Assembly: GCA_963816675.1 (NCBI GenBank)
Contig: CAWFLS010000021.1
Location: 88,652-152,651 of the forward strand
DNA from: an uncultured Chloroflexia bacterium
GTDB taxonomy: Bacteria > Chloroflexota > Limnocylindria > Limnocylindrales > CSP1-4
Direction of reading: 5' to 3'
DNA: 64,000 bases
Within the stretch, counting starts at the first letter, position 1; every line of letters begins with the position of its first letter. Under the pieces are notes generated by a model. That model was not told the origin of the DNA and did no database searches. It worked only from the letters and a program-made list of their open reading frames with translations. Made by a program: the position numbers and the translations under genes. This document shows positions 37,319 to 48,095 of this stretch, piece after piece.

Positions 37319-38746
37319 CGTGGCGAGCCGGCCGGCGACGGCCAGGTCTGCGGCGACGTCCTCGGCGTCGCGGCCGATGTCGTGGCGACGCTGGAGGCCG
37401 GGGGCATGGATCACGTCAGCGGCGGTCTGCCGCTGCCCGGCCGCTGCCGGCACGTCCGGTCCGCGTCCGACCACCGTCACGATCCGCCCGCCGGCGGTCC
37501 GGGTCGTGCCGGCGGCGTCGCGCGACGGTTCCGGCGTGGAAGACGAGCGCGCCCGAGGCCCGGGCTGCGTCGAGACCCTCGATCGGGTCACCTGTCGTCG
37601 GTCGCGTCGGATAGCCGGCCGCCGCGAGCACGAGGGCGACCGAGGCGCCCGGCAGCGTCGGCAGCCGCCCCTCGGAAAGTGGCGGGCGGGTCGAGCAGAC
37701 CGCGAGCCCGCCCCGCGCCGCCGCGAGAAGCAGCGGACCGAGCGCGACCGCGAGACGAGGCATGATCGCCTGCGTCTCCGGGTCGCCGAACCGGGCGTTG
37801 CACTCGAGCAGCACGGGACCGTCCGCGGTCAGCATCAGTCCGGCGTAGAGGGCGCCACGGAACGGGGTACCGCGACGGGACAGCTCGGCGAGGATCGGCC
37901 GGTGGAACGTGTCGACGATGTCGGCCGCGGCATCGTCGGAGAGGTCCGGCAAGGGGCTGTACGCGGCCATCCCGCCCGTGTTCGGACCCTCGTCGCCGTC
38001 GCGGAGACGCTTGTGGTCGCGAGCCGGCCGGCAGCACGACCGCATCCCGGCCGTCGCAGAGGGCGATGACGCTCGCTTCGCGACCGGTCAGCCGTTCCTC
38101 GACGACGACCCACGGGGCGGCCGCCAATCGGGGGCCGGGCTGTGCGCGCGACAGCCTCGGGCGCATCCGGCCCGGGCGTCGCGACTTCCTTCGCCGTGCG
38201 GGCGAGCAGTTCGATCGCGGCCGCCGCCTCATCCAGCGAGTCGCACACGGTGACGCCCTTGCCCGCCGCCAGACCGTCGGCCTTGACCACGACCCCGCGG
38301 CCGTCCGCCGCCAGGTCACGACGCGAAGGCCACCGCGGACCGGCATCCGCGAACGCCCCGCAACGCGCCATCGGGACCCCGGCCGCTCGCGCCACCTCGT
38401 GGCAGAACGCCTTGCTCGTCTCGATCCGGGCCGCCGCCCGTGTCGGACCGAACACCGCGAACCCGGCCTCGATCAGCGCATCGACCACCCCGGCCGCAAG
38501 CGGCGCCTCCGGCCCGATGACGACCAGCTCGGCCGCCTCGCGACGCGCGACCGCGACCACCGCCGCGGGATCGAGCGGGTCCACACCCGGGACGCACCGG
38601 ACGCGCGGCTCGTCGCCGATGGCGTCGCTGCCCGGCGTCACGACGACCTCGTTGACCCCCGGCTCGCCCGCCAGCTTCCAGGCGAGCGCATGCTCGCGAC
38701 CCCCGCCACCGACGATCACGATCCGCGTCGGCATGATCAGGCTCAC
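37315..38746 (-). CDS. purD: Phosphoribosylamine--glycine ligase, frame-disrupted; stop not resolved
   Basis: 37835..38746 has [98 protein letters not shown] and GVVVKADGLAAGKGVTVC. 37588..38346 has VVVEERLTGREASVIALCDGRDAVVLPA. 37416..38045 has GPNTGGMAAYSPLPDLSDDAAADIVDTFHRPILAELSRRGTPFRGALYAGLMLTADGPVLLECNARFGDPETQAIMPRL. The C-terminus GGRIVTVVGRGPDVPAA...LQRRHDIG is in the purB frame. Confidence 0.9.
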
Positions 38747-40051
38747 GCCGGCAGACCGGCCCGGTTTCGCATCGGGCGCCAGGCGCGCTCGATCGTCTGC
38801 GTTCGCTCGGGACCGACGGACACGAGGACGATCGGCACGCCGGCATGCTCCTCGATCGCCGACACGTACCGGCGGGCGTTCTCGGGCAGGTCCGCCAGCG
38901 AGCGGACGCCGTGGATCGGCTCATCCCAGCCCGCGAACGTCTCGTAGACCGGCGTCGCGCGCGCGAGGGCGGCGCCGCTCGACGGCCAGATCTCGACCCG
39001 CCGGCCGTCGATCTCGTAGGCGACACAGAGGCAGATCTGCCTGATCCCGGACAGGATGTCGAGCTTGTTCAGCATGATGCTGCTCACGCTGTTGACGGCG
39101 ACGGCGTAGCGCAGCGGCACCGCGTCGAACCAGCCGACGCGCCGCGGCCGCCCCGTCACCGTCCCGTATTCGTGGCCACGGGCGGCGATCCCGGCGCCGA
39201 TGTCGTCATGCAGCTCGCTCGGGTACGGCCCGGACCCCACCCGCGTCGAGTACGCCTTCATGACGCCGATGACCTCGTCGACCTGGAGCGGCCCGATGCC
39301 GCCGCCGGTGCACGCCCCGCCCGCGACGGGATTGGACGACGTCACGTACGGATAGCTTCCATGATCGAGGTCGAGCAGCGTCCCCTGCGCTCCTTCGAGG
39401 AGCACGTGCTCACCGCGGGCCAGCGCGGCCTGGACCAGCCACGTCGTGTCGTCGAGATGGTCGCGCAGGCGCTCGCCCCAGCGCATCGCCTCGGCGACGA
39501 GCGCGTCGACTTCGAAGCCTTCGGCACCCATCGACCGGAGCAGGAGGTTCTTGTCCGGAAGGACGCGTTCGATGCGCTCGCGGAGCACCGTACGGATCGA
39601 GCAGGTCCTCCATCCGAAGGCCGAGCCGCCACGCCCGATCGCCGTACGTCGGCCCGATCCCTCGCCCCGTCGTGCCGACCTTCGCGTCGCCCAGGCGCGC
39701 CTCGTTCGCCCGGTCGAGAGCGACGTGGTACGGCATGATCACGTGCGCGCTGCGGCTGACTCGAACGCGGGCGACGTCGATGCCCCGCGCGGTCAGGGTG
39801 TCGAGCTCGTCGATCAGCGTGACCGGGTTGACGACGACGCCATTGCCGATGACCGAGGTGATGTGCGGATACAGGACGCCCGACGGCGTCAGCCGGAGCT
39901 TGAAGACCTCATCGCCGCGGACGACCGTGTGGCCGGCGTTGTCACCGCCCTGGTAGCGAACGACCATCGCCGTCTGCTCGGCCAGGAAGTCGGTCGTCTT
40001 GCCCTTGCCCTCGTCGCCCCACTGCAACCCGACGATGACGGTAGCCGGCAT
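38743..40051 (-). CDS. purA: Adenylosuccinate synthetase (one frame change)
   Basis: 39410..40051 has [54 protein letters not shown] and [29 protein letters not shown]. 38743..39588 has [98 protein letters not shown] and [15 protein letters not shown]. The stop overlaps the purD ATG (ATGA). Confidence 0.95.
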
Positions 40052-40340
40052 CAGTGAGCCACCGAACCGAAGGTGCGACCGCCCCGGGCGCCGCCGGCGC
40101 CATCACGATTTCAGGGGCACCGAACCAAGAAGGGCGATCGCTGACCTCCTGGTCGCGGGTCGAACCCGCTGGTGACGAGGACCGGCGGAATTGTAGCAGG
40201 GCAGGCCCCCGCTCTTGGGCCGCGGTCGACCGGCCGGTCGCCTCGAACGAGCGGCCGGTGATCGCCATGACGACCGCCGCCGCGGGTACTGGTACCTCCG
40301 GCGGGTCTACCGGCCATCGGTCCCGTCTAGCCTGTGGCCG

Positions 40341-42028
40341 GTGATCCGCGTCATCGGAGTGCTCGTGCTCGCGACAGGGGTCGTGGCCGGCCTCGCCTAC
40401 CTGGTCGACCCCGGGCTCGGCGGCTCGATCGTCCCGCCTGCTGACCGACAGCTCGCCACGATCGCCGCTGCGATGATCGTCGGCGCGGGCCTTGCCGGCG
40501 GCGTCGACCTGGGTCATCACCGAGTACCGGTTCCTGCGGCTCACCAAGGCCGTCGAGCGGATGGTCGACGGTGATCTCACCGTTTCCGTATCGACTGCCG
40601 GCAGCGGCCTCCCGCGGCGTCTGGCGCGGGCGATCAACGGCATCTCGATCGCGCTGGCCGAGACGCACGATCGGGCGACGATCGACCGGCTGACCGGCGT
40701 CGCGAACCGGCAGGCGCTCCTCGGCTCGCTCTTCGCCGAGGTCGAGCGCGCTTCCCGTTACGACCGACCGCTCTGCGATCGCCTTCGTCGACATCGACCA
40801 CTTCAAGGCCGTCAACGACACCTATGGCCACGGCGTCGGCGACGTCGTCCTCCGCGACGTCGCCCAGACGATCTCCGACAACCTTCGCGCGAGCGACCTC
40901 ATCGGCCGCTACGGCGGCGAGGAATTCATGCTGATCCTGACCGAGACCGACGTCGAGGAAGGAGCGGCCCTCGCCGAGAAGCTGCGGGTGCTCATCGAGC
41001 GGCTGCACCTCGAGGTCGAGGGCAACGCCAACCTGTCGGTGACGATCTCGATCGGGATCGTCGGCGGGACGGGCCAGCATCTCCGCGATGGAGAGCCTGA
41101 TCCGCGACGCCGATGCCGCGATGTACTCGGCGAAATCGCTCGGCCGGAACCAGACGTACATCTTCGAGGAGCCCGACGAGGACGACCCGCGTCCCGCGGG
41201 CGCCGATCTCCGATGCCGGCCGAGCACGAGCCATCGAGGTCGGCCGGCGGGCACGCGACGCCGCCACGACCGCGCTCACCGCCGTCATCGCCCCGGTTCC
41301 CGACCACCACGGCCAGCCCTCGGCGCTGATCGCGGCGATCGTGATCGACATGGGCCGGCAGCTCGAGCTGTCGGAGGCCGAGATCGAGCGGATCCGCATC
41401 GCCGGTCTGCTCCACGACCTCGGCAAGGTGGCCGTGCCCGCAGGAGATCCTCGACAAGCCGACGGCGCTCACGTCGGCGGAGTGGCGCACCGTCGTCCAG
41501 CACCCGCGGATGGGCCAGGTGATCCTCGAGTACGCGGCTGCGCTCCGCGACGCTGTGCCGATCATCCTCCACCACCACGAGCGCTACGCCGGCCACGGCT
41601 ATCCCTACGGCCTGCGCGCCAAGGAGATCCCGCTGGGCGCACGCATCGTCGCGATCGCCGATGCGTACGATGCGATGACCCACGATCGGCCGTACAGGCG
41701 GGCGATCAGTCACGAGGCCGCGATCGCGGAGCTCCGGCTCCACGCGGGGACGCAGTTCGATCCCGAGCTCGTCGCGCTGTTCTGCGACCTCTACGCGTCG
41801 ACGGCGCCGACGCCGGACCGGACCGTCGAGGCCGTCATCAACGGCGGCCGAGGGCGAGCGTCGTGGCACAGCCGATGCCGACGGCGCGGCCGCCGGGACG
41901 ACGCTGCCCGAGCAAGTCGGGCGACCGGCTGGAGCTTCGATCCGACGCTCGGGTGCCGGGGAGCTGGCCGCCGCGCGCCGGTGGGCCGCCGCGAGCACTC
42001 GGATCAGCCCGACGCCGCCGCGGGCTGA
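40341..42028 (+). CDS. Membrane-anchored HAMP-like / GGDEF diguanylate cyclase / HD-GYP phosphodiesterase fusion protein, frame-disrupted
   Basis: GTG 40341 gives VIRVIGVLVLATGVVAGLAYLV (TM). 40492..41100 has RLTKAVERMVDGDLTVSV and RATIDRLTGVANRQALLGSLFAEVERASRYDRPL. My reading across a frame change gives AIAFVDIDHFKAVNDTYGHGVGDVVLRDVAQTISDNLRASDLIGRYGGEEFMLILTE (GGEEF plus an RxxD I-site). 41088..41522 has ESLIRDADAAMYSAKSLGRNQTYIF. The HD-GYP part is IRIAGLLHDLGKVAVP and VPIILHHHERYAGHGYPYGLRAKEIPLGARIVAIADAYDAMTHDRPYRRAIS (41510..42028). The 3' end is uncertain. Confidence 0.85.
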
Positions 42029-42054
42029 CGGCCCGGTTTTCGACGCCACTGTCG

Positions 42055-42928
42055 TTAGGGGCCGCCCGGGTCCTCGAACCGCACGACGGTGACGTCGCGG
42101 ACCGGCTCGTAGCCGATCTCGGCGTAGATGTGGTTCGAGGTCGGGTTGGCGAGGTCCGTGTAGAGGAAGCAGAACCGGCGTCCGGCATCGAGCTGGGCCT
42201 GGCTCGCCTCGGCCACGAGCGCGCTCGCGTAGCCGCGACCACGCCACTCGCGCGGGGTGAAGACCGGCCCGACCCGGATGCCGTGTGGCGTCAGACCACC
42301 GACGCCGCACCACGACCGCGGCCCGCCGTCCTCCCAGATGTAGTTGACCCGTCCGCTGCCTCCGGCCAGCCAGCGGTCGACGCTGGTCGCCGGATCGACC
42401 GGTGACGGAACGGCGCCGAGGGCGTCGGCCTCGAAGTCGATGAGCCAGCGGATGAGCAGGTCGCGGTCGGCGGTCGTGGCGAGGCGCATGTGGCCCGGGA
42501 CGGGTCGTGGCGGTCGGACTGCCGTGAGGCTGTAGATCCGTTCGGCGAGGGCGACGTGGTTGGGTCGGCCGGTCCGCGCCGTCCAGCGGCGTCCGAATGC
42601 CTCGGCCATGCCGGCGGGGCCGATGACACCGGGCAGGGTCGAGGCCGTCGCGTCCGCCGGCCAGGTCATCGACGATGACGTCGAGGACGTCCGGATCGTC
42701 GATCTCGGACAGCACGAGGTTCCACGGCGGCGTTCCGAGCGCGACGCCAAGGACGTTGTCTCGCTCGCTGATCGTTGCGAGATACGGCGGACCGTCCGAC
42801 ATCGACGGATCGGCCGCGAGCCGCGAGCAGATCCCGAAGATCAGGTTGTGGGCGGCCTCGCGCTCGGACAGGAAGGCGCTCGCGCGCGCGAGGAACGCCT
42901 CGACGTCCTCGAATCGGTGGAGCTCCAT
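42055..42928 (-). CDS. GNAT-family acetyltransferase (about 290 aa, one frame change)
   Basis: ATG 42928 gives MELHRFEDVEAFLARASAFLSEREAAHNLIFGICSRLAADPSMSDGPPYLATISERDNVLGVALGTPPWNLVLSEIDDPDVLDVIVDDLAG (frame of 41285..43099). 42055..42750 has HMRLATTADRDLLIRWLIDFEADA, GIRVGPVFTPREWRGRGYASALVAEASQAQLDAGRRFCFLYTDLANPTSNHIYAEIGYEPV. Confidence 0.75.
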
Positions 42929-43205
42929 CGGCGCTATCGAAGCACATCGGTGGCCGTGACGACAGCGGCGGCGGGACGTTCGCTCCGATCGCCGTCTGGA
43001 TGAGTCGCGCGTGCAGGTCGGCGATACGGGCCGGTGCAGGGGCCGCCTGATAGCGTCATTCGTGGTCGCCAGGTACGGCCAGCCCGGCCGAACCGTCATC
43101 GCCCGGACTGCCGAGGGCCGGCAACGACCACGCCCGCCGCGTCATCCCGCCGGATACGCAGGGTCGAGACCGGAGCATCCGGCCGACCGGGAAGGAGATC
43201 GGACC

Positions 43206-43695
43206 GTGAACAAGGTCCTGCTCACGGGGCGCCTCACGCGCGACCCGGAGATGCGCAGCCTCGCCAGCGGCAAGAACGTCACGACGTTCACCGTGGCGTC
43301 GAACGAGTTCGTTGGCGGCGGCAAGGAGAAGTCGGAGTACCACCCCGTGGTCGCGTGGGACCGGCTGGCCGAGATCGCCGGCCGCTACCTCGGAAAGGGC
43401 CAGCAGGTCGCCATCGAGGGCCGGCTCCAGACGCGCTCGTGGGACGACGACCGCGGCCAGCGCCACTGGAAGACCGAGATCGTCGCCTCGCACGTCGAGA
43501 TGCTCTCGGGGCGGCAGAAGAAGGAATACGAGGCCCAGCAGGCGGCCGACTCGCTGGCGGCCCAGGCGCATCGCGCTCGGCGAGACGGACGCGACCGAGC
43601 CGATCCCCGAGGCCGCGTTCGATCCCGGAGTCTCGGATGACGACGACGAAGCTGGCCGTCGAGGCCGCCGGCGACGAGGCCGCCGCCTGACCTGA
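43206..43695 (+). CDS. ssb: Single-stranded DNA-binding protein (C-terminal tail frame uncertain)
   Basis: GTG 43206 follows GGAAGGAG. It reads VNKVLLTGRLTRDPEMRSLASGKNVTTFTVASNEFVGGGKEKSEYHPVVAWDRLAEIAGRYLGKGQQVAIEGRLQTRSWDDDRGQRHWKTEIVASHVEMLSG (OB fold). An acidic stretch ...FDPGVSDDDDE appears in the frame of 43312..43695. Confidence 0.88.
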
Positions 43696-43705
43696 CGCAT
43701 CTTCC

Positions 43706-43740
43706 CCGGCGGCGGCGCTCCCCCTCCGCGTCGCCGCCGG
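43706..43740. terminator. Bidirectional GC hairpin between convergent ssb and antiporter genes
   Basis: CCGGCGGCGGCGC-tccccctcc-GCGTCGCCGCCGG: a 13-bp stem with one G-U pair and a 9-nt loop. Confidence 0.55.
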
Positions 43741-43773
43741 TTCCCTCCCCTCCCGCGCAGCGAGCGTGCGGGC

Positions 43774-44891
43774 TCAGAACTCGAAGAAGGAGACCGCGGC
43801 GATCATGTAGACGAGGGTGAGGAGCGCGCCCTCGAGCCAGTTCGATTCGCCGTCGAAGGCGATCAGCGTGCTGATCGCGACAGCGGCCGCGACCGCGGCG
43901 ATCTCGAGCGGGGTGAAGACGAGGTCCATCGGCTGGCCGACGAGGACGCCGAGCAGGACGAGGACCGGCGCCACGAACAGCGCGACCTGGAGGCTCGACC
44001 CGAACGTGACCGCCATCGCGAACTCCATCTTGTCCTTGGCGGCCAGCTGGACGGCGACGAGGTGCTCGGCGAGGTTCCCGATGGTCGGGATCAGCACGAC
44101 GCCGACGAAGAACGCCGACAGGCCGAACGTGTCGATGAATGGCTCGATGGCGCTGACAAGGATCTCGGAGAGGACGGCGAGCAGCGCCGCGGCCCCGAGC
44201 AGCACGACGATCGCGACCTTCCCCGTCCAGGCCGGCCCACCGTGGCCCGGTCGGCTCGCCGTGGCCGCCGAGCGTCCGCTCGGGGTTCGTGAACTGGAAG
44301 ATCAGCGAGAGGACGTACCCGACGATCAGCACGATCGACGACGAGGACCGACTCCTCGGTGATCGTGCCCTGGCTCGGATCGGCGGTCGTCAGGGCGAAG
44401 ATCGCCGGCACGAACAGGCCGATCAGCGCCAGCACGAGCAGCGCGGCGTTGGCTCCCGGCGATCTTCTCGCTGAACGTCTGGGTGCCGTGGCGAAGCCCG
44501 CCGACGAGGACGCTCGCCCCCATGACCAGCAGCAGGTTCCCGATGATCGAGCCGGTCAGCGACGCCTTGACGACCTCGATGAGCCCGGCCTGCAGGGCGA
44601 AGAACGCGATGATCAGCTCGGCGATGTTGCCGAACGTCGCGTTGAGGATGCCGCCGACCTGCGGGCCGGTGATCGCGCCGAGCCGCTCGGTGGAGAGCCC
44701 GACCACCCAGGCAAGACCGAGGATCGCCGCGGCCGACAGCACGAACAGGATCGTCGGGTCGGCATGGAGCCCGAAGTCGAGGACGATCGCCAGGACGCTC
44801 AGGGCGACCGTCGCGACGCAGGACGACCCGACCGATGATCGAGAGCTGGCCCGAGGATGGGAAGTCCCGGAGACCTCGGGGCTGCGCTCAC
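43774..44891 (-). CDS. Ca2+/H+ (CaCA/ChaA-type) cation antiporter, frame-disrupted
   Basis: The frame of 44326..45903 has LSAAAILGLAWVVGLSTERLGAITGPQVGGILNATFGNIAELIIAFFALQAGLIEVVKASLTGSIIGNLLLVMGASVLVGGLRHGTQTF, the first alpha-repeat (GNxxE). 43774..44205 has LSEILVSAIEPFIDTFGLSAFFVGVVLIPTIGNLAEHLVAVQLAAKDKMEFAMAVTFGSSLQVALFVAPVLVLLG, the second alpha-repeat, and ends ...AVSFFEF*. The putative GTG start at 44891 is 9 nt after the rsmI stop. Confidence 0.82.
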
Positions 44892-44900
44892 CTGCTGATG

Positions 44901-45785
44901 CTATCCGGCCGCGATCGGCGCCGTACAAGCGAGCGACGCGGCAGCCCGGTCGCCGCGGCATACGCGACGGGCAGCCTCGCCGCGGGCGACGCCCTCGCCG
45001 ACCAGCCGCTCGACCTCGGCGACGGGCGGCCTCCAGCCCGGCGTCGGTCGCCGCGGCGTCGCCTGCCGCGTCACGGCGACCGGCCGACCAGGCGCCGACG
45101 ACGACGGCGAACTCGCCGCGAGCCGGGATCGTCCCATCGGCAGCCGCGGCCGCCAGCTCGCCGAGCGATCCACGGACGATCGTCTCGTGGATCTTCGTGA
45201 GCTCCCGGCAGACCGCCGCGGGCCGCTCGGCGCCGCAGGCCGCGGCAAGGTCGCGCAGCGTGGCCGCGACCCGTCCCGGCGCCTCGTAGATCACCGTGCC
45301 GCGCTCGTCGGCCGACGATCCGCTCGAGCCGCTCGCGGCGCTCGCGACCGGACCGCGGCAGGAACCCCTCGAACGTCCAGCGCGGACCGGCAACGCCGGA
45401 CGCCGACGACGGCCGCGAGCACCGCCGATGCGCCCGGGAATCGGCACGACGATGCCGCCCTCGGCCGCCCAGGCGGCGACGAGGTCGCTCCCCGGGTCGC
45501 TGACGGTCGGCGTCCCGGCGTCGGTGACGAGCGCGAGGTCGGCACCGCCCCGCAGGTGGTCGAGCAGCGCCGCCGCCCGCGATGGGTCGCTCCGAGCGTG
45601 GTAGCTCGTCATCCGCGTCTCGATGCCGTGGCGGGCAAGCAGCCGGTGGGTCAGCCGGGTGTCCTCGGCGGCGATCAAGGGGACGTTCCGCAGCGTCTCG
45701 AGCGCCCGGAGCGTGACGTCGGCGAGGTTGCCGATCGGCGTCGCGACGACGTACAGGGTCCCGCCGCTTCGACCGCCAGCCTCAT
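44901..45785 (-). CDS. rsmI: 16S rRNA (cytidine1402-2'-O)-methyltransferase, frame-disrupted
   Basis: The frame of 44326..45903 has GTLYVVATPIGNLADVTLRALETLRNVPLIAAEDTRLTHRLLARHGIETRMTSYHA, DLALVTDAGTPTVSDPGSDLVAAWAAEGGIVVPIPG, GTVIYEAPGRVAATLRDLAAACGAERPAAVCRELTKIHETIVRGSLGELAA and GEFAVVVG. ATG 45785 (MRLAVEAAG) is one frame change upstream. The stop is TAG 44901. Confidence 0.85.
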
Positions 45786-45930
45786 CGGGGCGCCTCGGCG
45801 CCGTCGGTCGGTCCCGCCAGGTCTTGTCGCGCCACGTCGGGCCACTCGTCCGAGTAGGCTCCGCGCGCCCGGCGCGCCTGGGCTCCGTCGACGCGGTGCG
45901 CACCGCCGTCGGGCTGCCGTCAACGCCAGG

Positions 45931-47899
45931 TCACGCGCGCGCCGATCCCGGCCGCCGCCGCGGATAGAGGTAGTCCACGCCCGCCGTCCGCGGCCCGAGC
46001 TTGGCGATCGGCGGCACCTGTCGCTTGAACTCGGCGCCGGCGACCATCCGGTCCACGCGCTCGACCATCGGCAGGCTCGAACCCGAGCGCGATCCATCTC
46101 CTCGAGCGAGCGGCGCTTGTCGATCCGCCAGAACAGCAGCCGGTCGAGGACCGGGTAGCTGAAGCCGCCCTCGGTCTCGTCGGTCTGGCCCGGCCACAGG
46201 TCGGCCGACGGCGCCTTGCGGACGATCGCGTCGGGAACGCCCATCGCCACCGACAGCTGGCGCACCTGGCTCTTGTACAGGTCGCCGATCGGGTTGAACG
46301 CGCACGCCGAGTCGCCGAACAGCGTCGTGTAGCCGATCAGCGACTCGGTCTTGTTGCCGGTCCCCACGACGAGGCCGCCCCACGTCACGGACCGGTCGTA
46401 CAGGACCGACATCCGCATCCGGGCGGCGAAGTTGCCCCGCCGGAGGGCGACGGCGTCCCGCGCCGGCCGTCGCCGGCCGCTCCCGTCGCTCCGTCGGTGC
46501 CGAAATACCCGTCGACCATCGCCGAGATCTCGACGACCTCGCTCGCGCAGCCCGAGCGCGGCGACCACGGTCTCGGCGTCGGCCCGCGACGCGGGCGACG
46601 ACGTCCGATACGGCATCATCACCGCCAGCAGCCGCTCGGCGCCGATCGCCTCGGCGACGAGATACGCGACGAGCGCCGAATCGATGCCGCCCGAGAGGCC
46701 GAGGACGGCCCGCTCGAAGCCCGCCTGGTCGGAGCTGGCCGCGGATGAAGTCGGCGATGACGCGTCGCGCGACATCGGTGTCGACGGCGAGCTCTGCCGG
46801 CAGTTCGAACGGCGGCGCGGCGGTCATCGAGAAGGTCCGCCGTGCGTGCTCGGCAGCGGGCACGGCGGCGGCGGCGGGCGCTGCTGCAGGTGCCGTCCGC
46901 CGGACGCCGCCGTCGCGTCGGCATCCTCGCGCGGCCGGAACCCGATCGGATCACCCACCGGCTCGGCCGGCGCGACGTCGGTCCCCGCCTCGGCGCCGAA
47001 CTCGGCGGTCGAGTCGGCCGCCAGACCCGCCCGCTCGGCGACGATCCGGCGGAGCTCGCGCACCTGGAGCTCGGGCCGCTCGTCGCGAAGCAGCGGCAGC
47101 GCGATCCGCTCGCGGCGGATGTCGGACAGGTTGACGTCGACCGTGTACAGGCCCTCGTCGAAGAGCGGCGCCGAGAAGACCGCGGCGCCCGTCGGCGCGA
47201 TGACCTCCGAGCCGCCCCAGAACGAGATCGATTCGTCGACGCCGACCCGGTTGCAGAAGACGACGAACGACGTCGTCAGCTGGGCGTAGGTCCGCATCAG
47301 CGTCCGCCACGACGTCGCCGTCCCGAGCCCGACCTCATTCGTCGCGGCGAGATCGCGGCCCGGCGACGACGAGACGTTGATGAGGATCTGGGCACCGTCG
47401 AGCGCGAGCAGCTGCGGCGACCGTGAGGTGCCAGAAGTCCTCGCAGATCGCCAGCCCGATGCCCGGACCCAGGCGCGACGGGACGGCCCGCAGCAGGTCG
47501 CCGGGCGCGAAGAACCGGCGCTCGTCGAACAGCCCGTAGGTCGGCAGGAACAGCTTCCGATGGACGTGCCGGATCTCGCCGTCCTCGAGGAGCGCCGCCG
47601 CGATGAACAGCCGGTGGTCGGCCGACTCCTCGACGAACGACACGACGGCCGACAGACCGCGCGGTCATGCCGGCCAGCTCGGCCAGGCGCGGATCGTCGA
47701 GGCGCATCGCGACCTCGGCGGCGAGGTCCTGGAGCTGGTAGCCGGTCAGCCCGAGCTCGGGGAAGACGACGAGGTCGGCGCCCGCCTCGCGCGCCTGCGC
47801 GAGCAGGTCCCGGTGCCGGGCGAGGTTCTCGTCGAGCGCACCGAGGCGCGGAGCGATCTGGGCGAGCGCGATACGGGCCGTCTGCACGTCCCGGAGCAT
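45931..47899 (-). CDS. nadE: Glutamine-dependent NAD+ synthetase (CN-hydrolase + NAD synthase domains), heavily frame-disrupted
   Basis: ATG 47899 gives MLRDVQTARIALAQIAPRLGALDENLARHRDLLAQAREAGADLVVFPELGLTGYQLQDLAAEVAM (47297..48343). 47335..47643 has HRLFIAAALLEDGEIRHVHRKLFLPTYGLFDERRFFAPGD and GLAICEDFWH. 46824..48314 has LALDGAQILINVSSSPG and FVVFCNRVGVDESISFWGGSEVIAPTG. 45675..46775 has FERAVLGLSGGIDSALVAYLVAEAIGAERLLAVMMPY (SGGxDS P-loop) and VVGTGNKTESLIGYTTLFGDSACAFNPIGDLYKSQV. 45931..46863 has MVERVDRMVAGAEFKRQVPPIAKL. About 7 frame changes. Confidence 0.9.
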
Positions 47900-48095
47900 A
47901 GCGAAGCGACGAAGCGTTCCGCCGCGCGGACCGCCGGCACGACCGGCAAGCGTGACGTCCCGCCGTGCGGATGCTAGGCTTCCGACGACCTGCGCCGGGC
48001 CACTGGGTCCGGACTGGGTCGAGGCAAGCTCCAGACAGCCCGGACAGGGAGGCAAGCGGTCCGCGCCTGGAGCCCCAGAGGAGGAGACCGGAAGC

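Noticed and set aside
40155-40169. tRNA-like T-arm hairpin GCGGG-tcgaa-CCCGC in the purA / GGDEF intergenic region
   Set aside because: The loop is 5 nt rather than 7. No acceptor stem, anticodon arm or D-arm can be built on either strand around it. It is most likely just a small GC hairpin.
47960-48095. Possible cobalamin riboswitch in the operon-1 leader (GCCACTG at 47999-48005 and GGAGACC near the RBS resemble B12-element motifs; B12 elements are known upstream of some Nik/Cbt-type ABC importers)
   Set aside because: The core AGGGAA...GGTG...CCCGC motif is absent. The GGAGACC string coincides with the Shine-Dalgarno sequence. I cannot fold a convincing multi-stem junction by eye. It needs an Rfam RF00174 covariance-model scan, and a bit score above the gathering threshold would overturn this rejection.
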